Source: an uncultured Candidatus Rokubacteria bacterium (GTDB lineage Bacteria; Methylomirabilota; Methylomirabilia; Rokubacteriales; DASRDR01). Taken from it: 64,000 bases of DNA. The stretch is taken from contig CAVPSB010000012.1 in NCBI GenBank assembly GCA_963708025.1, positions 128,001-192,000 on the forward strand. Reading direction: 5' to 3'. Within the stretch, counting starts at the first letter, position 1. Every line of letters starts with the position of its first letter. Below the pieces are notes generated by a model that searched no databases, was not told where the DNA came from, and worked only from the letters and a program-made list of their open reading frames with translations. This document shows, one piece after another, positions 56,018-64,000 of this stretch. The position numbers and the translations under genes were made by a program.

Positions 56018-57454
56018 CTACCGCACGCCTTGCTTCGCCTTGCGCCGCTCTTCCGCTTCCTCCATGGCCAGCGTGTAGGCCACGTAGTACTTGTAGATGT
56101 TGCTCACGTACTGCACCGTCTCCCGGCCGATGCGCTCGGCGGCGACCCGCTCCACGTTGTTGAACCAGAGGTTCGGGTTGAGCCCGCGCCGCTCGGCCTC
56201 CCGCCGGAGCTGGTCGACCCGCCCCGGTCCCGCGTTGTAGGCGGCGAACGCGAAGAGCCCCTTGTTCAGGGCGTCCATGGGCTCGTCCGCGAAGTACTGG
56301 TCGATCATGAACCGGATGTACTTGACGCCGGCGTGGATGTTCGGCTCGAGCCGCTGGATGTCGCCGACCTTCAGGTCCTTCGCGGTCTTGGGCATCACCT
56401 GCATCACGCCGACGGCGCCGACGGGGCTCTTCACGTTCTGGTCGAGCCGGGATTCCTGGTAGCCCTGGGCCGCCATGAGCAGCCAGTCGAGCTTGTAGCG
56501 GTCGCCGTACTTGCGGAACAGCGACACCGTCTCCCGGAACCGCTTCATGTCGGCGGTGTTGGTGGCGCTCTTCACGAACTTCGTGCTCTTGAGGTAGCGC
56601 TGCGTGAGGATGTTGCCGAACGTGGTTTGCGCGCCGTGTCGCTTCAGGAACGCATCGATCTCCGCCTCGAGCTTCGGGCTGTTCTTCCGGATGGCGGGAG
56701 CGGTCATGGCGTCCCGACGCACCGCGAGATCGAAGTGCGGCGTGATCGCGGGGAAGACCTGCTTCCAGAACGTCGCCAGGTAGCTGTCCACGATCGTGAT
56801 CTTGACCAGGCCGGCGTTCAGCATCTCCAGGATGTCTTCGGTCTCCAGGGCCTCGGGGGCGGCCTTCAGCACGACTTCCTTCTTGCCCGCGGCCTTGAAG
56901 CGCCGGTTCAGCTCGACCAGGCTCTCGTGATAGCTGCTGGACCGGCGGACGAAAACCTCCCGGCCGGCCAGGTCCTCCAGGCGGGCGATCCGAGGAGCTC
57001 CGGGCCCGGTGACGACGACCTCGTCCACCTTGGTGCGCCCGGGAGCGGTGAAGTCGACCAGCTTTTCCCGCTCGGGGGTGACGGTGAGGCCGGCCACGAC
57101 CAGGTCCCCCCGACCTTCCACCAGGCCGGGCAGCATCTCGTCGCGTGAGACCGGCACGAACACCACCTGCACCCTCAGGAGGCCGGTCTTGAGCCTGGCG
57201 TTGAGCTCCTCCTCGAGCTTCCGGCCCATCTCGTACGCGACGCCGTGCTGGTCCCCCTTGTCGACGAAGTAGTACGTCTTGCTGTAGGGGACCAACATGC
57301 GAATCATTCGCCGCTCGATCATGCCGTCCAGATCACCGGTCCACTTGGCCGTGATCTGCTCCAGCGGGATCGTCGTCGGCGCTGGCGACTGGGCGAAAGC
57401 GACCCCCCCGCCGGCCGCGCACAGCAGCAGGACCGATAGCGCTCTGATGATCAT
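56018..57454 (-). CDS. mltF: MltF-like lytic transglycosylase (PBP + SLT domains)
   Basis: Signal peptide, PBP domain, AQGYQES, GAVGVMQ, AAYNAGPG, ETVQYV; alternative start 57496. Confidence 0.85.
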   Translation of the reverse strand: MIIRALSVLLLCAAGGGVAFAQSPAPTTIPLEQITAKWTGDLDGMIERRMIRMLVPYSKTYYFVDKGDQHGVAYEMGRKLEEELNARLKTGLLRVQVVFVPVSRDEMLPGLVEGRGDLVVAGLTVTPEREKLVDFTAPGRTKVDEVVVTGPGAPRIARLEDLAGREVFVRRSSSYHESLVELNRRFKAAGKKEVVLKAAPEALETEDILEMLNAGLVKITIVDSYLATFWKQVFPAITPHFDLAVRRDAMTAPAIRKNSPKLEAEIDAFLKRHGAQTTFGNILTQRYLKSTKFVKSATNTADMKRFRETVSLFRKYGDRYKLDWLLMAAQGYQESRLDQNVKSPVGAVGVMQVMPKTAKDLKVGDIQRLEPNIHAGVKYIRFMIDQYFADEPMDALNKGLFAFAAYNAGPGRVDQLRREAERRGLNPNLWFNNVERVAAERIGRETVQYVSNIYKYYVAYTLAMEEAEERRKAKQGVR

Positions 57455-57542
57455 GGCACCTCGCTTCCCCTCGCTTTTGTCGGCGACGCTGCCCATGGCC
57501 TAGACTCTACCATCGGTGCGGGTGCAGCGGACCCGCATCGGA

Positions 57543-57947
57543 CTACTGGCTGCCGACCCCCGGGCGGCGGCTCCGGTCCGTCGCGATCGCCTGCCGGACG
57601 GCGTCCAGGAGCACCTCGTCGTCGAAGGGCTTCGCCAGGAAATCGGCGGCCCCGGACTTCATCGCCCGCACGGCCATCGGGATGTCGCCGTGTCCGGTGA
57701 TGAAGACGACCGGGATGTCGTGGCCGCCGGCCACCAGCACCTCGTGCAGCTCGAGGCCGCTCTGGCCCGGCATCCGGACGTCGAGCACCAGGCAGCCCGC
57801 ACCCTCGAGCCGGCCGAGCTCCAGGAACTCGCGGGCCGACGCGAACGTCTCGACCCGGTAGCCGACGGAACGGAGCAGTCGCTCCAGGCCGCGGCGGACC
57901 GAGGCGTCGTCGTCGACGACGAAGACGGTCGCCCCGCGGTCGCTCAC
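57543..57947 (-). CDS. FixJ-like receiver-only response regulator
   Basis: VVDDD, LDVRMP, ITGHGDIPMAVRAMK.GA.DFL.KP; no HTH. Confidence 0.88.
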   Translation of the reverse strand: MSDRGATVFVVDDDASVRRGLERLLRSVGYRVETFASAREFLELGRLEGAGCLVLDVRMPGQSGLELHEVLVAGGHDIPVVFITGHGDIPMAVRAMKSGAADFLAKPFDDEVLLDAVRQAIATDRSRRPGVGSQ

Positions 57948-60506
57948 GGGGCCGGGTCGCCGGCGACCGGCAGCGCGAAGTGGAAGGTCGCACCCCGGGT
58001 CGGGTTGTTCGCAGCCCAGATGACGCCGCCGTGCGCCTCGATGATCGACCGGGCGATCGCCAGCCCCATCCCCATCCCGGCCGGCTTCGTCGTGTAGAAC
58101 GGCTCGAAGACCCGGTCGTGGGCGCCGTCCCGAAGTCCGCTGCCGGTGTCCTGCACCGACACGTGGAGGGCCTGCACCTCGGTGTTCCGGGTCCGCACCA
58201 GGACGGTGCGGTCGCCATCGACGCCGTCGCTCATCGCGTCCATGGCGTTGAGCAGGAGGTTCAGGACGACCTGCTGGAGCTGGACCCGGTCCCCCTTGGC
58301 CATCGGCAGCGTCGGGTCGAGCTCCAGCGCGACCGAGACGTTGCGGATGATGGCGTCGCTGCCCAGGAGCTTCGCCACGTCGCGGATCAGGGCGTTCAGG
58401 TCGAGGTGAGACAGCTTGGGCTCACCCTTCCGGAGCAGCTCGCGGAGCCGCTGGATCACGTCGCTGGCGCGCTTGTCGTCCTCGACGATGTCGGTCAGGA
58501 TCCCCCGGAGCTCGCCGAGATCGGGCGGGGTGCGCTCCAGGAACCGGCGGGCGGCCTGGGCGTTGGTCAGGATCCCGGTGAGCGGCTGGTTCAGCTCGTG
58601 GGCCAGCGAGGCGGCCAGCTCGCCCATCGTCGACACCCGGGTGAAGTGAGCCAGCTCCTGGCGGCTCCGCTGAGCATCCATCTCCGCGCGCTTCCGCTCG
58701 GTGATCTCGGTGTGCGAGACGATCGCCCCGCCCTCGGGGCGGTTCAGGGGCACCACCGACATCGCGAACCAGCGCTCGACGACGGGGGCCGGGAGGGCGA
58801 AGTCGAGCGCGAACGCAACCCGCGAGCCGCCCAGCACCGCCTCGATCCCGGCCAGCGCCTCGCTGGCGTGGGGGACGCCCTGGCGGGCCGCCTGCCGGCA
58901 GACGTCGAGGTAGCTGACCCCGACCGCCGGCGTCCGTCGCCGAGCCGTTGTCGCGCCCGAACCGACTCCAGTTCTCGTTCACGGTGACGATCCGGCCCTC
59001 CCGGTCCAGGACGGCGACGTTGCTGCTCAGGGAGGCGAGGATGGCCGCCTTCATCAGCTCGCCGGCCCGGAGGGCGTCCTCCATCCGCTGGCGCGAGAGG
59101 GCGCCGGCAAAGACCTCCGTGACCAGGCGCAGCCGCTGGACGAGCGCCTCCGGCCAAACCCGGCCGGCCGCGGTGACGAACGCCAGGCCGCCCACGACCC
59201 GGCCGCCGGCGACCAGCGGCAGCGTGAGGCCCGATCGGCGGCGCGCGCCCTCGTGCCCGGCGTCGTCGGGCAACCCGTCGGGATGCCAGACGGCGGCGGG
59301 CTCGCCGCGACGGAAGCCCTCGACCGCCCATGGAAAGTCCCGGCCGGTGACGACGGGCAGCTCGGCGTCGTCGATCCCGGCAGCGGTCCAGGAGTACCGG
59401 ACCGCCGGGGCCTGCTCGTTCTCCGCGAGCCGGAACAGCGTGAGGCGGTCGAGCCCGAAGAACTCCCCGAGCTGCCGGAGCCACGTGTCGATGGCGGGGT
59501 CCATCTCGCGACTGGGGAGGTGGACGAACGCGCCGGAGAAGCGGGCGAGCAGGTTCTCGAAGCGGAGCCGCTCCTCCAGGGCCTCCTGGGCCCGCCGCCG
59601 CTCCTCGATGACGCTGGCCAGGGCGAGGAGCGGGATGGCGATGACGCTCAGGAAGATCTGCAGCGCGAGGACGCTCTCGGCGGCCGGGAGTGTCGTGAAC
59701 GGCCCCTGCCCCCGGGTGCCGGCCCAGATCGCCAGGAGCGCGGTGGTCAGGAGCGCGAGGCTCACGCCTCCCGGACCGAACCGCACGGCGGCCCACAGGA
59801 AGAAGGGCAGGACGAAGGCCAGCGGCGTGCGGGGCGATCCGGGGATGAGGCCCGGGATCCCGGCCGCTCCCGCGAAGGCGACCAGCCCGACCGCCACCAG
59901 CGCCAGGGTCAGGAGCGCCGCCTCCAGGTGCCGGCGAGGCGGGGCCGTCCGGACCCATCTCGGTCCGGCGGTGATCCCCATGACGAGCGCCGGCACCAGC
60001 GTCAGCTCCGTGAGGACGTTGGAGAAGAAGCGCGTGCGCCAGACGAGCCAGTAGGGCTCGGCCCGCAGCCAGGACACCGCGGCGGCGTCCACGAACGACG
60101 ACACGAAGGGCGCGGTGAGCACCGCCGCGACCATGAAGACCGTCACGCGGCGCAGCGTGTCGAACCGGGTGGGCGCGTCGCTGAATCGACGCACGCCGGC
60201 GGCCGCGATCAGGGCCTCGCTGCAGTTCGTCACGAAGAGCGCGGCCACCAGCGAGATCGGGAAACCCGCCTGGAGCTCGACGAGCGCATGGGCGGGGAGC
60301 GCGGCGAGCAGGTAGATCCACCACCGCCGGGGCCGCGTGAGCAGGAGCGTGGCCGTCAGGATCGCGTTCGGTGGCCAGAGCACGGACGAGGTCGCCGGAG
60401 GGAAGCTGAGCACGAAGCCGATCGTCGAGCCGAGGTAATAGGCGGCGCCGACCCCCAGCGCGGTCGCCACGGTGGCCGCCGACGACCGGGCGGACGAGGT
60501 CCTCAC
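57944..60506 (-). CDS. MASE1-GAF-PAS sensor histidine kinase; apparent extra base at ~58927
   Basis: MASE1 (LWPPNAIL, WAAVRFG), PAS, LAHELNQPL, QVVLNLLLNA, GMGMGL; two ORFs join after one correction; start uncertain. Confidence 0.85.
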
Positions 60507-60785
60507 CTCCCCCCCTGGCTGCTTCGATCCCGATGTCGCCTCGTCGGTCACCGGCTGCGTCGCCTTTCGTGCCATTCGGGGTCGGCTCGCCGCCCACCGA
60601 GCCCTCCATACTGGTACACCGCCAGCCCGGCCCCGACAAGCGCGTTCTGGGGCGCCGGCCCCCGGGTGTTTCTGGCTGGATCGGGGGCCCCCCTGGTGTA
60701 CGGTGGGGCTGCCGAGACCCTGGGTGGTGGTGGGCATGAGGTCCTGGCGGATGTGGACCGAACGCAGGTCAGGGGAGGAGGGGCG

Positions 60786-61178
60786 ATGGGTGGCGCGCGG
60801 GCCCGGATCCTGGCCACGGCCGTTCTGGTCCTCGCGTTGCTGGCGGGATGTGCCCACGGAATGGGCTCTCGCCAGCGCTGGGTGGGCACGAGCACCGGCT
60901 CGGCCGGCGACTGTGCCGCTCTCGAGTTCGAGATCGTGATCTTCGAAGGGCAGATCGAGGGCTGGGCCACGTCCGCGCTGCCGCAGGGGCCCGTGTCGTG
61001 GGACGTGCGCGGCTCGGTCAGCCCCGACAATCAGGTCTCGGTGGAGACGGTCACCGCAGACCCGCGCATCGGGCAGCGCCGGGTCTCGTGGCGCGGCGTG
61101 AGGAAGGTGCTGGAGGTGACTCTCACCCAGGCATCTCCTGGCGCGTGCCAGCCTCCACGGGCGGCGACCCTCGGCTGA
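60786..61178 (+). CDS. Hypothetical lipoprotein
   Basis: Lipobox LLAGC after hydrophobic leader; GGAGG RBS. Confidence 0.72.
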   Translation: MGGARARILATAVLVLALLAGCAHGMGSRQRWVGTSTGSAGDCAALEFEIVIFEGQIEGWATSALPQGPVSWDVRGSVSPDNQVSVETVTADPRIGQRRVSWRGVRKVLEVTLTQASPGACQPPRAATLG

Positions 61179-61221
61179 CCGATCTCAGGGCCTGCGGCCA
61201 ATGCCGGCGGCTCTCACTCAG

Positions 61222-61287
61222 TTCGGGACCTCCCGCCCACCCCCCCAACCCCCCTCCCCCACCCACCGGGGGGAGGGGGGAGCCGGA
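61222..61287. repeat. Family-2 repeat, inverted copy between convergent genes
   Basis: Reverse complement of 52618-52674. Confidence 0.8.
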
Positions 61288-61313
61288 GCACCCCATTCCT
61301 TCACATGCTCTCA

Positions 61314-62060
61314 TCAGAGCGGCCATCGGCTTCTCGCAACTCTCTGACCCCGGCCCCGCGGCCGGGGCGTTCCACTTCGAGCCGCGGCTCCCCCGCGGCC
61401 TCCGAGGGGAGGCCGCGGGGATCTTCCAAGACCCCCGAAGATCTCAAGGCGCCTCCCCCCACGCTCCAGCATCATCCGGACGAGGTCCGCGACCGACTCC
61501 GCCTGCATCTTCTTCATGACCCGCCCGCGGTGGACCTTGATCGTCTTCTCGGCCGCCCCCAGCTCGGCCGCGATCTGCTTGTTGAGCTTGCCCGAGACCA
61601 CCCGCGCCAGCACCTCCCGCTCCCGGGGCGTCAGCGCATCGAGCCGGCGCTGGACGCGGGCCCGCGCGGTCCGCTCGGCGCGGCCCTGGCGGCTCCGGGC
61701 CAGCGCCCGCTGGATGGCCTCGAGCAGCGCCTGGTCCTCGAAGGGCTTCTGGAGGAAATCGAGCGCGCCCTCCTTCATGGCTCGCACGCTGGTCGGCACC
61801 GAGGCGTGGCCCGTGATGAAGATGATCGGCATCGTGCGCTGGGCGCGGCCCAGGGAGGCCTGGAGCTCGAGGCCGCTGGGACCGGGAAGCCGCACGTCGA
61901 GAACGAGGCACGACGGACGGTCCGGCGGCCGGTACGCCAGGAAGGCCGGGGCGGACGCGAAGGTCTCCACGTCGAGGCCGAGCGAGCGGATGAGCCGGGC
62001 CAGCGCCCTTCGCACCGACTCGTCGTCGTCGATCACGTAGACTACGCCATCGGGTGTCAT
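61314..62060 (-). CDS. FixJ/LuxR family response regulator
   Basis: REC plus LTPREREV...NKQIA..LG..EKTIKVHR. Confidence 0.93.
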   Translation of the reverse strand: MTPDGVVYVIDDDESVRRALARLIRSLGLDVETFASAPAFLAYRPPDRPSCLVLDVRLPGPSGLELQASLGRAQRTMPIIFITGHASVPTSVRAMKEGALDFLQKPFEDQALLEAIQRALARSRQGRAERTARARVQRRLDALTPREREVLARVVSGKLNKQIAAELGAAEKTIKVHRGRVMKKMQAESVADLVRMMLERGGRRLEIFGGLGRSPRPPLGGRGGAAARSGTPRPRGRGQRVARSRWPL

Positions 62061-62191
62061 GCCGGTACCTCGTCCGGGACCGCTCCCATCCCCCGCCCGT
62101 CCGCTCTACAGATATACCCCGGTCTCCCGGTGACGGAGAACACGACCCGGTCCCAGGTGGGAGCCGCCGTCCTTCGCCGACGACCGGCGGC

Positions 62192-63124
62192 TCACGCTCT
62201 CCGGATGGTCAGGGTCACCACCGCCCCCACCAGGAGCAGCGCTCCCAGGCTGCCGAGGGACCCCAGGCGGTCACCGAAGAAGAAGACGCCGAGGAGCGTG
62301 GCGGTGAGCGGCTCGACGAGCGAGAGCACGCCCGAGACGGCGACCGGAGTGGTCCGCATACCCACCACGTACAGGATGTACGCGACCGCCGTCGGGACGA
62401 CGCCGAGATAGGCCAGGAGTCCCCAGGCCGCGGGCCCGGCGTCGACCGGCTCGGTGGCGAGCGCGGGGGCGAGGACGACCGCGGCCACGCTGAACGTCAG
62501 CGCCGCGACGGCGAGCGGCGGCAGCCGGCCGACGAGGTCCTTGACGACCACGGCGTACAGCCCATAGAAGAAGCCGGCCCCGAGGGCCAGCAGGGCGCCG
62601 GTGGCGAAGGCGGCGGGCAGGGTCCCGGGCCCGTGGGGCCCGAGCGTCAGGAGAGCGGCCCCCGTCACGCCGGCGGCCAGCGCCGCGACCGTGGTCGCCG
62701 TCACCCGCTCGCCGAGGAGCGGCACGGCTAGCCCGATGATGAACAGCGGGGCGCTGCAGATCGCGATGAGGGCGCCGACCGCGACCGACGTCTTCGCGAC
62801 GCCCCAGAAGTAGCAGATCTGGTAGGCCCCCATCGCCACGCCGCCCGCGAGGAGGCGCCAGCGGTCGCGCGGGGCCGGCAGCCGGATCGGGCCGGCCACC
62901 GCCCACGCCGCGAGGAGCAGGCACGGCGCCGCGATCGCCATGCGAAAGAAGCCGACGAGCGGCGGCGACATAGGGGAGTGGCGGGCGACGAGCTGCATCG
63001 TCGCCCCCGTCGTCCCCCAGCTAACGGCGGCAAGCGCGATCAGCAAGACGCCGAGTCGCGACCCCGCCGCGCTCAGGGCCCGTGAAGAAACAACGGCGCC
63101 AAGACCCTCCCCTGGGTCACCCAC
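62192..63124 (-). CDS. EamA/DMT family transporter
   Basis: About 10 TM in duplicated halves, WGTTG, LLGER, LVEPL.AT; start uncertain. Confidence 0.87.
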   Translation of the reverse strand: MGDPGEGLGAVVSSRALSAAGSRLGVLLIALAAVSWGTTGATMQLVARHSPMSPPLVGFFRMAIAAPCLLLAAWAVAGPIRLPAPRDRWRLLAGGVAMGAYQICYFWGVAKTSVAVGALIAICSAPLFIIGLAVPLLGERVTATTVAALAAGVTGAALLTLGPHGPGTLPAAFATGALLALGAGFFYGLYAVVVKDLVGRLPPLAVAALTFSVAAVVLAPALATEPVDAGPAAWGLLAYLGVVPTAVAYILYVVGMRTTPVAVSGVLSLVEPLTATLLGVFFFGDRLGSLGSLGALLLVGAVVTLTIRRA

Positions 63125-63130
63125 CCGAGT

Positions 63131-63279
63131 GCGTGGCCGATGAGTCAAGTTCTCGGGGCGCGGGGCCGAGGAGCGAGCAGCGCTAGGACGCAGGGAGTCG
63201 CCGACCGCAGGCGTACTCCGAGTACGCCGAGGATCGGCGACGACCGAGGACGACGCGATGCGAAGCTCATCGGCCCCGC
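63131..63279 (-). repeat. Family-1 palindromic repeat overlapping the helicase stop codon
   Basis: Reverse-strand copy retaining the central GCGTACTCGGAGTACGC hairpin and the 3' tail. Confidence 0.88.
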
Positions 63280-64000
63280 GGGCGGGGGCCTGGATAGCCG
63301 TCGCACGTGAGCCGCTCCCCGTCGCCGTGGAAGCCGGCGTCGGCCAGCGCCTCGAGCCAGCCCGAGGCGAGCGCCGGCTGGTCCTCGACGCTCTCCACCG
63401 TGAGCCGGCGGCCCCGCCGGCCGGCCACGAGCGCGGCCAGCGCGTCCCGGCGCGCGTCGGCGGCCAGGTCGGCGGTCGCCCAGAGCCGGGTCCCCTCGAG
63501 CCCCAGGAGCGGCTGCCCGCCGCGTAGGACGACCAGGTGGCCCGGGTGGCGAACGAGGCGCGGCTCGGGGAAGGCGGCGCCGTAGCCGAGGGCTGGATCG
63601 ACGGCGGAGAGCACGAGGAGGCGCGTGTCGGGGCGGCGCCGGACCTCCCGGAGGTGATCCACCGCCGCCGGTAAGCCATATTGCTCGCCCGAGGCCGGCT
63701 GGACGAAGACGCCGCGGCGGACCGTCCCCGCGTACTCGCGCCGGCGGTAGACCGCCACCAGCTCCCGCCACGGTGGCGCGTCCTCCTCCATCCGCGCCAG
63801 CTCGCGGAAGACGATGCCGTACCGCGCCAGGAGCAGGTCGGCCCACGCCTCCGCCCGCGCCTCGCCGTCCGCGGCGCCGGGCGGCAGCAGCGACCAGCGC
63901 CCGGGCAGGGTCCGGAGGGTGACCCGCAGGCGCAGCGCCGAGCGACTCGGCCGCGCCTCGCCGGCCCGGGCGTGCCGCAGTCCCTGGCGGCCCTCGAGCG
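63267..64000 (-). CDS. lhr: C-terminal part of an Lhr-family helicase (truncated by window edge)
   Basis: GRWSLL, LLARYGIVFRE, VRRGVFV...GEQY.LP, LSAVDP. Confidence 0.8.
   Translation of the reverse strand, partial: LEGRQGLRHARAGEARPSRSALRLRVTLRTLPGRWSLLPPGAADGEARAEAWADLLLARYGIVFRELARMEEDAPPWRELVAVYRRREYAGTVRRGVFVQPASGEQYGLPAAVDHLREVRRRPDTRLLVLSAVDPALGYGAAFPEPRLVRHPGHLVVLRGGQPLLGLEGTRLWATADLAADARRDALAALVAGRRGRRLTVESVEDQPALASGWLEALADAGFHGDGERLTCDGYPGPRPRGR

Overview
Very GC-rich bacterial chromosomal window; gene content and repeat style suggest a Rokubacteria/Methylomirabilota-like lineage (inference only). 1-13 kb holds a conserved translation cluster (rimP-nusA-ylxR-infB-DUF503-rbfA-nrnA-truB-ribF, rpsO-pnp-M16 peptidase). 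13-28 kb holds a purine cluster (purB,S,Q,L,F,N,H ... purD,E, then tsaC, mobA), interrupted by a four-gene block with an orphan Ku and a MerR-HTH/TPR gene. 28-32 kb: uncharacterised gene, fatty acyl-AMP ligase, a tiny ArfA-like ORF and thiI. 32-47 kb: a sigma54 activator and a candidate sigma54-driven Chp/Pil-like chemosensory operon that also embeds a YeiH transporter, a Tat-type periplasmic binding protein and Roadblock/MglB-like proteins. 47-64 kb: methyltransferases, an HdeD-metallophosphoesterase fusion, aroM-DUF917-hydantoinase with a gene-derived 92-bp tandem array, mltF, a MASE1 kinase/FixJ system, an EamA transporter and the 3' end of an Lhr helicase. At least three families of palindromic intergenic repeats occur; one shows compensatory base changes and sits at stop codons. 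Several small frameshifts in conserved genes are probably sequencing errors. No rRNA, tRNA, CRISPR array or transposase was recognised.
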